A DNA stretch of 64,000 bases from Candidatus Norongarragalinales archaeon (GCA_036004805.1 DASYRB010000026.1:4938-68937), one strand, 5' to 3'; shown: positions 10,371 through 19,727, counted from the first letter of the stretch. Notes: generated by a model not told the origin, from the letters alone. Program-made: numbers and translations.

Positions 10371-10741
10371 CGTCTCTTTTTTGCGGATGTCACGGATTGC
10401 GTTGATCTTGCTGCACGCGCTGCGTGCGCGTGCCTCAATGCGACGCCTTTCATTCTGAAGTAGAACGCAAACACGAACGTGATCATGGCTGCGAACTTGA
10501 GCAGCACGCCGATGCTTTGTGCCGGAATGCCCGGATAGAGGCTGCTTAGCGCGATGAGCGCTTCGCTGAGCACGAAGAAAACTATTCCAAGATAGAACAA
10601 CAGCGACACTTTCCAGTTGCGCCTTTCCTGTCCTCTCTTGACCTGCTGGTAGAGCACGGTAATGTAGAACACGGCGTAGATGAGAACGATGATCGAAGTG
10701 ACGATGAGGAGGGCGCTTTCGAGTCCGGATAATTCAACCAT
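10367..10741 (-). CDS. Hypothetical membrane protein (3 TM, basic tail)
   Basis: Three hydrophobic stretches in 124 aa. Confidence 0.75.
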   Translation of the reverse strand: MVELSGLESALLIVTSIIVLIYAVFYITVLYQQVKRGQERRNWKVSLLFYLGIVFFVLSEALIALSSLYPGIPAQSIGVLLKFAAMITFVFAFYFRMKGVALRHAHAARAARSTQSVTSAKKRR

Positions 10742-10774
10742 TTTGATTAAAAAGTATTGTTCGATTGGTCTTTT

Positions 10775-11863
10775 TTAATCGCGCTTTTCGGGAAACAACT
10801 CGAGAAGTGACTGTTCGCTCGCTTCACAAACGCCCCTTTCCGTGATGAGTCCGGTGATGAGTCTGGCGGGCGTGACGTCAAAACCGTGGTTTACCGCGGG
10901 CGATCCTTCCGGCGTGATACGGACTTTGCCGATCTTGCCGCCTTCACTAATGCCATGCACGAAAATCACTTCCGAAGGATCACGCTCTTCAATCGTGATT
11001 TCTCGGCCGCTTTTCATGCTCCAATCAATCGTCGAAGAAGGACAAGCCACGTAGAAAGGCACATTGTTGTCTTTCGCCGAGAGCGCCTTCAGATAAGTAC
11101 CGATCTTGTTCGCCACGTCTCCATTTCGTGTGACTCGATCGCAGCCAACAATCACCATGTCGACTTTGCCATGCTGCATCAAGTGTCCTCCAGAATTGTC
11201 GACAATGACATGGTGTGGTACGCGCGCTTGCAACAATTCCCAAGCCGTCAAAGAAGCGCCTTGGTTTCGCGGACGCGTCTCATCAACCCACACGTGAAGA
11301 GGAATCTTTTTTTCCTGCGCGAGATACATGGGCGCGGTTGCTGTTCCATAGTCGACGAATGCGAGCCAGCCAGCGTTGCAGTGCGTCAAGATGTTTACGG
11401 GCTGTCCTTGCTTGCGCGCAGCAATTTCTTCAATTATCGCGAGTCCGTGTTGTCCGATGCTTTTCGAAAACTCTGCGTCTTCGTCAGCAATCGCGTTCGC
11501 CTCTCTTACTGCGGCTTCTTTGGGCGATTTTGACTTCAGGGCGGTTTCGTAGACGCGTTTCGTGGCGTAAAACAAGTTCTGCGCAGTCGGTCGCGTGCGC
11601 TCGATGCGTCCTTTCGCTTCTGTAACGTACTCTTCAGAATTCTCGCCGGGATATTCCAGGAATGCTTGCGCCATTGCAAACGCGGCAGTTGCTCCTATCG
11701 CGCCAGCGCCGCGCACGATCATTTGCTTGATCGCGCTGCAAGTCTCGAGATGGTTCTTGCACTCGTGAATCTTGAACTCGAAAGGCAGCAGCGTTTGCTC
11801 AATCATGAACACGCTTTTGCCCTCCATCCAGACGGTTCGGTAGTGCTTGCCGTTAGCGATCAT
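10775..11863 (-). CDS. mtnA: S-methyl-5-thioribose-1-phosphate isomerase
   Basis: MIVRGAGAIG, RPTAQNL, ILTHCNAGWLA, DETRPRNQGA, GDVANKIGTY, FDVTPARLITGLITE. Confidence 0.95.
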   Translation of the reverse strand: MIANGKHYRTVWMEGKSVFMIEQTLLPFEFKIHECKNHLETCSAIKQMIVRGAGAIGATAAFAMAQAFLEYPGENSEEYVTEAKGRIERTRPTAQNLFYATKRVYETALKSKSPKEAAVREANAIADEDAEFSKSIGQHGLAIIEEIAARKQGQPVNILTHCNAGWLAFVDYGTATAPMYLAQEKKIPLHVWVDETRPRNQGASLTAWELLQARVPHHVIVDNSGGHLMQHGKVDMVIVGCDRVTRNGDVANKIGTYLKALSAKDNNVPFYVACPSSTIDWSMKSGREITIEERDPSEVIFVHGISEGGKIGKVRITPEGSPAVNHGFDVTPARLITGLITERGVCEASEQSLLELFPEKRD

Positions 11864-11889
11864 TTGACCATCCTACTTTTTCAAGTTTT

Positions 11890-12117
11890 TTATCGCTTGT
11901 CGGAGTTGTACGTGCGAAGTGCTTTTTCTACAATGTCTTTCGTAAAGGGCGCTCCGCTCGCACCAATCATGCCCAGCGCTCGGACTGCTGCCCAGCGAAC
12001 TCCTGAGTCTTCATGTTCTAGTGCTTTCGCCGCGTTGGCAGGATTCCTGATCTTCGCCAAATGATTAATAACCATTTGCGGGTGCCCGCGTGTAAGGAAT
12101 TTTTCGAGTTTGCTCAT
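11890..12117 (-). CDS. Small HEAT-repeat protein
   Basis: MSKLEKFL...ALEHEDSGVRWAAVRALGMIG (PBS-lyase-type HEAT). Its ATG overlaps the upstream stop (ATGA). Confidence 0.7.
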   Translation of the reverse strand: MSKLEKFLTRGHPQMVINHLAKIRNPANAAKALEHEDSGVRWAAVRALGMIGASGAPFTKDIVEKALRTYNSDKR

Positions 12118-12254
12118 TTCGACTTTTTCCTGTGTTTGAAGAACTCGATTTGTCGCAATCGCTTCTTTGCCGCTTTGAGTGAAGTGTAGGTGCCGAACTT
12201 TCTGCCCGTGGTTTCGGACATGACGACGTATTTGCCCTTGATTTTCCTGATCAT
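12114..12254 (-). CDS. Small basic 46-aa protein
   Basis: MIRKIKGKYVVMSETTGRKFGTYTSLKAAKKRLRQIEFFKHRKKSK; ATGA overlaps with both neighbours. Confidence 0.7.
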   Translation of the reverse strand: MIRKIKGKYVVMSETTGRKFGTYTSLKAAKKRLRQIEFFKHRKKSK

Positions 12255-13444
12255 TTCGATTTGGTAATCTTGGTGCCGGTCCTTGAAAAATCGAATAGTC
12301 GCGCAAAATCGTTGGTTTTGCCGAGCGCGAGGTCGCTTATGATCATTCCGGCCATTGTTCCTTGCACCATTCCGTTGCCGTCGAAACCCATCGCCGTAAA
12401 CACCTTGCCCTTGTAGAGTGGGTGCGTGGCGATGAGGGGCAAGCCGTCGGGTGTTTCGAACTCGCTGCCGCTCCATGCGTTCGTCGTTTTGAACTTCTTG
12501 CCGAACGTGGTTTTGAGAAAGTTCTTGATCTCGCCGTGCGCTTCCGGCTTGCTCGGTTCTCGATCGCTTCCGATAATGATGGTTTTTTCGTCCAGCCTGC
12601 GGTAGTAATTGTAAGGATCGAGCATGTCGGAAAAAGTCGCGTCCGCGATGGGCGCTTTCTCGTCGAAGCGCGCCGCGATCGCGTAACCGATGCGTAGTGC
12701 CACTGCCGACTGCAGCTCCGCGAACGCGTCAATGGGCTTGCCGGTCGCGAGAATCGCTCTCTTCGCCGTCACGCTACCATCGTCTGTTTTCAGCGTGACG
12801 TCGTTGTTCACTTTCGCTTCGTTCACGCCCGACGATTCGAACACTTGGATGTTTTTGCCGGTCTTGGTCGCGAGGAGGCCGAATACGAACTTGCGGACGT
12901 TGAACCGTCCTTCTCCTTCGAACCTTATCGCTTCCTTGATCGGAGCAGCGGCTTGCCCGGCTTCTTTTCCCTTGATGAACTTGCTTTTCGTATCGACTTT
13001 CTGGAAAACTTGCCATTCTTTCGCGAGCTGTTCGTGGTTGTCGGAATACGAGCAAGTGAAGGATGGCGTTTCGGCAAAGTCGCAATCGATCTTTTCTTGA
13101 GTTATGGTGTTTTTGAGGAATTCCTGCGCTTTCGTGATTCCTGTTGAGAACTTTTGGCAGAAATCGAGGCCGTAGAGCTCCTGAAGCTGCGTCATGGGCG
13201 TGTCGATGAGTCGTGTGATGAACGCGGTCGTGTAGCCCGTGTCGCCGGTAGCTACGCCGTTCTTTTCTAGCAGCACGACTTTCGCGCCTTTCTTTGCGAG
13301 TGAATAGGCGGTCATTACGCCCGCGATTCCCCCGCCCACCACGCAATAATCAGTGTTTATTTTTCCGGAGAGTTTTGGGAAGCGCGGCTGGTCCGGAACG
13401 CTTTCTAGCCAGGGAGAGTCGTAACTGGGTTCCTGTTCAGCCAT
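12251..13444 (-). CDS. FAD-dependent oxidoreductase (DAO/PuuB-like family)
   Basis: Rossmann VVGGGIAG, VVLLEK, GDTGYTTA, AWSG...TPDGLPLI, GFDGNGM. Confidence 0.9.
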   Translation of the reverse strand: MAEQEPSYDSPWLESVPDQPRFPKLSGKINTDYCVVGGGIAGVMTAYSLAKKGAKVVLLEKNGVATGDTGYTTAFITRLIDTPMTQLQELYGLDFCQKFSTGITKAQEFLKNTITQEKIDCDFAETPSFTCSYSDNHEQLAKEWQVFQKVDTKSKFIKGKEAGQAAAPIKEAIRFEGEGRFNVRKFVFGLLATKTGKNIQVFESSGVNEAKVNNDVTLKTDDGSVTAKRAILATGKPIDAFAELQSAVALRIGYAIAARFDEKAPIADATFSDMLDPYNYYRRLDEKTIIIGSDREPSKPEAHGEIKNFLKTTFGKKFKTTNAWSGSEFETPDGLPLIATHPLYKGKVFTAMGFDGNGMVQGTMAGMIISDLALGKTNDFARLFDFSRTGTKITKSK

Positions 13445-13475
13445 TTTGGAATAAAGAGAGAAGTTGTGGGGGGTT

Positions 13476-13706
13476 TTATTCCATTCCGAGCTCTTTCAGC
13501 ACGTGGTGGTAGGTCTTGTACTTCTTCTTGAGCTCAAGAATGGCCTTCATGATCTTCACGTCAGTCGGCGAGATGCGGCATCCTTTGGGGCACTTTTGCG
13601 CGATGTCCTTTCCTTTCAAGGGCCACATGCCTTTGAAGTGTTTCGAAACGTGTTCGCCGAGCGGTTCGGCGCCTCGTTTTTTGTGAGTTGATAGTTTTTT
13701 CGCCAT
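13476..13706 (-). CDS. Small hypothetical protein (weak DUF2795-like pattern)
   Basis: 76 aa, in operon context; WPLKGKDI...KKYKTYHHVLKELG pattern. Confidence 0.6.
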   Translation of the reverse strand: MAKKLSTHKKRGAEPLGEHVSKHFKGMWPLKGKDIAQKCPKGCRISPTDVKIMKAILELKKKYKTYHHVLKELGME

Positions 13707-13716
13707 TTTTTAAAAT

Positions 13717-14124
13717 TCACCCGATTTTTTGCTTCGGTTTCAGCACCATCGCGCTTTGCATGGCCGGTAGCTTGCCTCGTGACAACTCGCGCACGTCATG
13801 CCTTGTGGGCTTCAGGAACTCGTTAAGCATTGGTATCGCTTTGTGCGGGTCTGCGTTGCCGCAAGTGAAGATGTCGACCGCTGCATAGCCGAACTCGGGC
13901 CACGTGTGAATACTCAAGTGGCTCTCGGAAAGAAGCACGAAGCCGGTGACGCCGTGTGGCGAGAACTTGTGCGTGCGTGCCGTGATGACGGTGAGGCCGG
14001 CGGCTCGCGATGCTGAAGTGATGTTTGAAAGAATTCCCTTCTCGTCGTCAAGCGCGGTGTAGGGACAGCCGAAAAACTCTACGATGAGGTGTTTTCCGAG
14101 TCCTCCCGTGTTAGCCAAACCCAT
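13717..14124 (-). CDS. speD: S-adenosylmethionine decarboxylase proenzyme (pyruvoyl, class 1B)
   Basis: GKHLIVEFFGC, HKFSPHGVTG, LLSESHLSIHTWPE (E-S cleavage site), AAVDIFTCG. Likely start ATG 14124. Confidence 0.93.
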   Translation of the reverse strand: MGLANTGGLGKHLIVEFFGCPYTALDDEKGILSNITSASRAAGLTVITARTHKFSPHGVTGFVLLSESHLSIHTWPEFGYAAVDIFTCGNADPHKAIPMLNEFLKPTRHDVRELSRGKLPAMQSAMVLKPKQKIG

Positions 14125-14328
14125 CCTTGATTCAAGTTTCTCCGTGAAACGAACGCTACGATTTTTTTTTCTCTTTTCCAAAAAGAGAAAATTTTTCCCG
14201 AACAAGTGGAATAGTTTTTTGTTTAAAAAACTTTCTACCAAAAAATGCAGGGGCTAGAGGAAAAAATCATTGCACGATTTCGGGGCTCGGGTTGCGGTTT
14301 TTTTTTCGAAAAAAATTCCTTAAAGCGT

Positions 14329-15252
14329 TTACGGGCAGGGTCCGAAGTTGATGGAGGCGCTTTCTGATTCTTCGTTCTCTTGAGCAGTGTCCGTTTCTAC
14401 GATGTGTATGATGTTGGGCTTGTTCTGGATGCCGCAAGCGTCGTTGTTCTTTACGGTTTCAGTGAACGTGATCGTGGTAGTGCCGCTCACAGTGGCTTCT
14501 CCTACGTTATTGGCGGCGTCCCAGTGCAGGATTGATGCTGAAGGAGTGCAGGTCGCGCCGCTTGGGCATATCTGGTGGTCGGTTACTCTTGCAGAAGCAT
14601 CGGTCGTAACGGTCGTGGGTCTTTTTGGTACGGCGATGTTGACGCTGTCTTTGGCTTGTCTGACCGTACCGCGGCTGTCTTCATAGTTGACTTTCACGGT
14701 CGCGGTGAGTTTTTGTCCGGGCGTGACTGAAACGTCGATGGAGTCGCTGAAGCAGCGCGTCTCTTTGGGTTGCACGGTCTCGCCGGCAAAAACTTGCGTC
14801 CTGGTCGCTATCACTCTGTTCTTGCGGCGGTCCTCATCGCTGTCAATGTCGTCTTCTCTTTCACGCGTTCTGACAGTCGTTTCGGCGCTTATGAGAGTTA
14901 TCGGTTCTTTCCTGTGGTTCCTGAAGCAGAACTGTTCCTCGACCGCGCTGACTGTTGACGTGCTGACGATCCTGCGCGTGGCTTGAATGTTGTAATTCAA
15001 AATGCCGCTCTGTCCTTGCGGCACGTCGAGCGGGAAAGGCTGGCTGGAGTAACTGACGGTTTTCGTGATGTCCCAGTCGTAAATCGTCCTTTCTTCGTAA
15101 CGCATCACGGCGGTCTTGCGAACTGTCTTGGAGTCGTCCTCGAAACTTATCGCTTCCGTGAAAACCGCTAGCGCGCCCAACGCGAGCACGATCACTATGA
15201 GAATGATTAGTGGCTTGTGCTTTTCCAAGATGTTTCGGCTGCTCTTGCTCAT
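14329..15252 (-). CDS. Hypothetical exported beta-rich protein
   Basis: N-terminal TM/signal (LIILIVIVLALGALAVF); Thr/Val-rich Ig-like strands; Cys pairs. Confidence 0.75.
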   Translation of the reverse strand: MSKSSRNILEKHKPLIILIVIVLALGALAVFTEAISFEDDSKTVRKTAVMRYEERTIYDWDITKTVSYSSQPFPLDVPQGQSGILNYNIQATRRIVSTSTVSAVEEQFCFRNHRKEPITLISAETTVRTREREDDIDSDEDRRKNRVIATRTQVFAGETVQPKETRCFSDSIDVSVTPGQKLTATVKVNYEDSRGTVRQAKDSVNIAVPKRPTTVTTDASARVTDHQICPSGATCTPSASILHWDAANNVGEATVSGTTTITFTETVKNNDACGIQNKPNIIHIVETDTAQENEESESASINFGPCP

Positions 15253-15294
15253 TTATGTGAAGGGGCAAAAGAAAACGGGCTTTAATAACTTTCT

Positions 15295-18200
15295 TCACTG
15301 CGCCATCTTGACTTCGACGAGTTTGCTGCCTTCCTTGCTCATCGCCACTCCCACCAAGCAGTCGACGGCTCGGAAGAGCGTCTCGTTGTGCGTGACGACG
15401 ATGAACTGGCTGTCCTTGCTCAACTCGCGCAAGAGGTCGGCGAGTTTTTGGCTGTTTTCTTGGTCGAGCGCCGCGTCAGCCTCGTCGAGAATGTAAACGC
15501 TGGAGGGGTTGAAGCTCTGCATCGCGAAGAGGAACATCAAGGCGATGAGTGACTTTTCGCCTCCCGACATGAGTTCGAGGTATTTGACTTCCTTATTTTC
15601 GAGCTGTACCTCTATCGTGAGTCCGCCGTTGAAAGGATTTACTTTGTCCTCTAGGAAGAGAGAGCCGCGTCCTTTGAATATTTGAGAAAAGAGGCGCTGG
15701 AAGTTCGCGTTCACGTGGTCGAACGTCTGCATGAACGAGCCGATCTTCTTGCCCTCGATCTCAGTGATGAGAGTCAAGACAGCGGCTTTCTCGTTCTGGA
15801 GCTGCTTGACTCGTTCGATCTGTAGCGTGTATTCGGAGCGTTTGGTCTCGAACAGCTCGATCGCGCGCAAGTTGACTCCACCCAGCGCGTCAAGTTCCTG
15901 TTGCGATCGCTTGATTTCGGCATCGAGTTCTGGCTTGTCTTCCGCGGTCTTGTTGTGTATGGGTTCTACGTTTTGGAAGGCCATGAGTTCGGCCTTGAGG
16001 TTGGAGAGCTTGGTTTCGAGGATGGCTTTCTTGATTTGTTTGTCTTGCGAGCCGCGCTCCGTCTTTTCGCGCTCGAACTCCAACCTTCCTTTATCTTGAG
16101 CTGTTTTTTGGACTAGTTTTTCGAGGTTTTCGCGCTTCTCGATGAGGTCTTTTACGCGGCTCGAGAGTTGCTTTTGCTCTTCCGTTTTCTCTTTCAGCGC
16201 GCCTCGGGCTTTCTTGATGATGGCGTCATGTTCTTTGAACGCGTTCTGGACTTCCTGCCATTCGGACTCGATCGAGTCCTTGTCCTTCTTGAGGCCCTGT
16301 GCTTGCTTGTCGTAGACTGCTTTGCTTTTTTCGAGCGATTGTAACTGGTTGCTGTAATCAGAAATCTGGATTTTGAGGTCCATTATTTTGCGTTCTTTTT
16401 CTTTGACCGTGAGCCCAAAGTTTTTCTCTTTCTCGACGTCGATCGCTTCCTTGAGCTGCAACATGTCAATGTTCAATTCGGACAGTTTGCGAATGAGGTC
16501 GGATCGCGCTTCGTCGACTTGCGAGAGTTCTTTTTCGGCTTGTTTGACTTCTTTCTTCAGCGCGTCGGCCGCTGTCTTGATGTTAGCTTTTTTGGCTAGT
16601 TCGCGTTCTTGCGCGCCTCGCAGGTGTTCGATTTCTAGATCGAGGGTTTTGACTTTCAGTTCTGCCTCCGCGACGCTCTTGCGCACGGGCGTCATTTCTT
16701 CACGCAGCGAGCGCAGCTGCGTGATTATCGCTTCTTTTTCGGCTCTCGCGCTTTCGGCTTTTTTGTTAAACATTTCGAGGTCCGTTCTTTCCTTGAGCGC
16801 GTTGATTTTTTCTCTGAAGGTGCCGCCGACGAGCAGTCCGCCTGACTCTCCTAGTTCTCCCTCGAGAGTCACGAGACGTATTTTGCCGAGGATGGGTTTC
16901 GCGTGCGCGAGGTCCTTCACGACCAACGTGTTTCCGCAAGCCAGCCGGAATGCTTTCTCGTGCTTCGGCTCGAAATCCATCAGTTCATAGAGGAAGCCGA
17001 TCACGCCTTCGCGCTTCGCGATCTCTCTGTCGCCCGCGCTTATAGGTGGTGAATTTGCTTTGTCGAGTGGTACGAAGGAGACGCGTCCGAGTCTTTGTTT
17101 CTTGAGAAAATCAATGGCTTGCGATGCCGTGTCGGACGTTTCAACAACGACCCAATTGGTTCGCGCGCCCAGCGCTACTTGGACGGGCAGGCTGTATTTG
17201 GATTCGTAAGTGCCGAGTTGTGCTAGCGTGCCGTGCACGCCTTTGCTTTTCTTGCCCCATTCCAGCACGGCTTCGATGGGTCCGCCGCCTTCGAACTCTT
17301 TCGCGGTCCGCAGACGCGAACTGATCTCGGCAATTTTTTCTTTCGCGAGGAGGAGGAGGTCTTCGACGACGGGTATTTTTTCGTTCAGTTCTTTTTCCTC
17401 ACGGAACATTTCGTCGAGCTCGCGTTGCGCGGCCTTGATCGCTTTCTGTGCTTCGCCGCGTTGTTCTGTGGTTTCTTTTTCTTTCTTTTCGAAGTCTTCG
17501 AAAGCGCCTTGCAGGAGTCGTTGCAGCTCGTTCTCCTTGAGTTTCTTGACTTCTTGGTGTTGCACGGTCTGCGCTTGCAGCGCGTTGAGTTCTTCTTTCA
17601 GTTTTAGGATGTCGTTCTGTGCCGTTTCGTACTGCGCGCGTGCGTTGTAGAATTGGGCGCTGAACTGTTCGCTCTTCTTGAGCATCGCGTCGTAATCGCC
17701 CTGCGTCTCTCCAAGAATTTTGTTGAGTGATGCGAGCTCTTCGTTTACTTCGTGGATGCGTTGTTGTGCGCCCTTAACTTCGTCGAAGACGCGCGTGTAT
17801 TCGAGCGTTATTTCTTTGAGTCTCGAATCGCTTTTTTCGAGTTGTTGCTTGCGGTCCGCGATGAGTGCTTGTGATAGTGATATTTGCGCGTTGAGCTCGT
17901 CGATCTCGCGCTGCAATTCGACTTCGCGTCCTTGTCCGCGCGCGATGATTTCTTGGTTGACCGCGTCCTTTTCCTTCTGGAATGATTCGATTTTTGTTTC
18001 GAGGGCCTTGATGTCGTTCTGGATGTTTTGCGTCTTTTCGCTCGTATCCAGCAGTTCCTTGACGACGTTGTCGAACTCTTTCTCGATGTTTCGCGCGTCG
18101 ATGGATAAGAGGGTGACTTTGAGTTGGTCGACTCTTTGTTTGAGCGAGATGTGTTTTTCGGCGTCCTTTTTTTCTTGTTCGAGTTCCTTGAGGTAGCCTT

Positions 18201-18750
18201 CGCGTTCCGCGAGCACGGTTGCGGCTTCTTTCAGCCGGTCATCTACCTTGTCGAGTTCGGAGAGGGCTTCGCGTTTTTTCGTTTCGTATTCGGATACGTT
18301 CGCGACGGCGTCGATGAGTGTGCGTCGGTCTTTCGAGTTCATTTCGACGATCTGTTGCACTTCGCCCTGCTTGATCGCGTGTTCCAGGGACACGTGGTTG
18401 CTGGCTAAGTATTCGTCGATGACGTATTTTTTCTGGATTTTGTTGTTGAGCGTGTATCGCGTTTTTCCGTCGCGGCGAACCGCGCGCCCGACGGTCGTGG
18501 TCGTTCCGTCTTTGTTTTCGAAAACGACGGCTGCGTCGGCGATGCTGGAGTTGCTGAAGATGAGGTCGGGTGTTTTGCGCACGCGCATGTTCTTGAGTCG
18601 GTTTTCTCCAAAACAAAACATTAGGGCGTCAACGATGTTCGACTTGCCGCTGCCGTTGGGTCCGATGACTGCGTTTAGTCCTGGCTGGAATTCTACGGTG
18701 GCGTTCTTGAAGCTCTTGAAGTTCTTGAGCTGTATCTTGCTGACGTGCAT
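15295..18750 (-). CDS. smc: Chromosome segregation protein SMC
   Basis: Walker A GPNGSGKSN, coiled coils, hinge GELGESGGLLVGG (GX6GX3GG), signature MSGGEKS, Walker B YILDEADAALD. Confidence 0.97.
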   Translation of the reverse strand: MHVSKIQLKNFKSFKNATVEFQPGLNAVIGPNGSGKSNIVDALMFCFGENRLKNMRVRKTPDLIFSNSSIADAAVVFENKDGTTTTVGRAVRRDGKTRYTLNNKIQKKYVIDEYLASNHVSLEHAIKQGEVQQIVEMNSKDRRTLIDAVANVSEYETKKREALSELDKVDDRLKEAATVLAEREGYLKELEQEKKDAEKHISLKQRVDQLKVTLLSIDARNIEKEFDNVVKELLDTSEKTQNIQNDIKALETKIESFQKEKDAVNQEIIARGQGREVELQREIDELNAQISLSQALIADRKQQLEKSDSRLKEITLEYTRVFDEVKGAQQRIHEVNEELASLNKILGETQGDYDAMLKKSEQFSAQFYNARAQYETAQNDILKLKEELNALQAQTVQHQEVKKLKENELQRLLQGAFEDFEKKEKETTEQRGEAQKAIKAAQRELDEMFREEKELNEKIPVVEDLLLLAKEKIAEISSRLRTAKEFEGGGPIEAVLEWGKKSKGVHGTLAQLGTYESKYSLPVQVALGARTNWVVVETSDTASQAIDFLKKQRLGRVSFVPLDKANSPPISAGDREIAKREGVIGFLYELMDFEPKHEKAFRLACGNTLVVKDLAHAKPILGKIRLVTLEGELGESGGLLVGGTFREKINALKERTDLEMFNKKAESARAEKEAIITQLRSLREEMTPVRKSVAEAELKVKTLDLEIEHLRGAQERELAKKANIKTAADALKKEVKQAEKELSQVDEARSDLIRKLSELNIDMLQLKEAIDVEKEKNFGLTVKEKERKIMDLKIQISDYSNQLQSLEKSKAVYDKQAQGLKKDKDSIESEWQEVQNAFKEHDAIIKKARGALKEKTEEQKQLSSRVKDLIEKRENLEKLVQKTAQDKGRLEFEREKTERGSQDKQIKKAILETKLSNLKAELMAFQNVEPIHNKTAEDKPELDAEIKRSQQELDALGGVNLRAIELFETKRSEYTLQIERVKQLQNEKAAVLTLITEIEGKKIGSFMQTFDHVNANFQRLFSQIFKGRGSLFLEDKVNPFNGGLTIEVQLENKEVKYLELMSGGEKSLIALMFLFAMQSFNPSSVYILDEADAALDQENSQKLADLLRELSKDSQFIVVTHNETLFRAVDCLVGVAMSKEGSKLVEVKMAQ

Positions 18751-18803
18751 TGCTGAATATCGATGATTGCTGCTTTAAAAACAATGCGAGGGAAAAACGC
18801 TCG

Positions 18804-18841
18804 AAAAAAGAAAAGATGGCGGGGTTTTTTCGAAACCCCGC
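18804..18841 (-). terminator. Hairpin plus U-tract downstream of the 18884-19180 gene
   Basis: GCGGGGTTT...AAACCCCGC stem at 18819-18841, followed on the minus strand by TTTTCTTTTTT. Confidence 0.6.
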
Positions 18842-18883
18842 GGGGAGTTGTTGTGGGTTGTCAGGAATCGTTATCGGAAATTT

Positions 18884-19180
18884 TTATCCGAGTTCGACCT
18901 TGACTCCGCCGAGTTGTCCAGCGATCAGGTTGTAGACGAAAGCGCCTACTGCCGCTGTGATTGCTCCGCCGACGAGTCCACCGACTATGGTTCCCAAAAT
19001 TGCTATGGGCAGCATGCCGGCGATCTGGCTGGCGAGCGTGGTTCCGGCGAATCCGGCTAGAGAGCCCAGCAAGGGAAGTAAGATTCCCAAACCGATTGCT
19101 CCAAGGATTCCGAACACGAGGCCAATTATGGCTCCCATTCTTCCGGCTGTCATTACGTCAATACTTTTCAGAGTCTGCAA
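18884..19180 (-). CDS. Small membrane protein, DUF3566-like
   Basis: LKSIDVMTAGRMGAIIG...YNLIAGQLGGVKVEL pattern; GAGGTGA SD upstream of a TTG start. Confidence 0.8.
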   Translation of the reverse strand: MQTLKSIDVMTAGRMGAIIGLVFGILGAIGLGILLPLLGSLAGFAGTTLASQIAGMLPIAILGTIVGGLVGGAITAAVGAFVYNLIAGQLGGVKVELG

Positions 19181-19330
19181 ATAGACTCACCTCTAAACAA
19201 TCCAGCGGAAAACCGTTAAAAAACCTAATTCAAAACGACAATCGACGAACCGTACTGGTTTTTGGTTGGGTTTCGTAGTTGGGCGTTTTTGGGGGTTGCG
19301 TTCGAGAGGGCTTCAGGAAAAGTTGGTAGT

Positions 19331-19558
19331 TTAGATGTCGGTGCTGGCTACTGGTTGCTTCAATTTCCTAGGGTACAAGTACAGCGTGCTGCCTTTCTGT
19401 ACGTCGTCGCTGAGTTTGACGCTGATGTAGGGTCCGTACTTGCCCTGGTTCAACCATCCACGACCGGCGTAGCCTTCGTGTCCTTTGATTTTTACGTTGT
19501 AGTTGGGTTGTGCTTTGTTTTCGATTTTTTCGACCATTTCCACTAGTCCTTCGTTCAT
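19331..19558 (-). CDS. Small beta protein, DUF736/ssDNA-binding-like
   Basis: PNYNVKIKG...AGRGWLNQGKYGPYISVKL resembles the DUF736 pattern PxYxV...GxxW...YxSVKL; AGGTGG SD upstream of ATG 19558. Confidence 0.6.
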   Translation of the reverse strand: MNEGLVEMVEKIENKAQPNYNVKIKGHEGYAGRGWLNQGKYGPYISVKLSDDVQKGSTLYLYPRKLKQPVASTDI

Positions 19559-19620
19559 TCTTGTCCACCTTTTTTGGTTTTTTTGGGCGGGGGTTGCTAA
19601 AAACGCGAGAACGATTTTGC

Positions 19621-19705
19621 CGCCGAAAGGTGAGGGGCTGCAGAGCCAAAAATGAAAGGATTTTTCCTCCACGGGGTTTGCTCTGCACTCCTCGCCTTCC
19701 GAGCG
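19621..19705 (+). repeat. Imperfect inverted repeat (hairpin 1)
   Basis: AAGGTGAGGGGCTGCAGAGCCAAA pairs with TTTGCTCTGCACTCCTCGCCTT using G-T pairs and single bulged Cs. Confidence 0.8.
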
Positions 19706-19727
19706 TGCCTCTTTGGGCGAGCAGATC

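Noticed and set aside
10775..11863. Ribose-1,5-bisphosphate isomerase or eIF2B subunit
   Set aside because: The HCNAGxLA and ETRPxxQG motifs fit MtnA better.
11890..12117. Deoxyhypusine hydroxylase near speD
   Set aside because: Too short and lacks the RHE metal-binding motifs.
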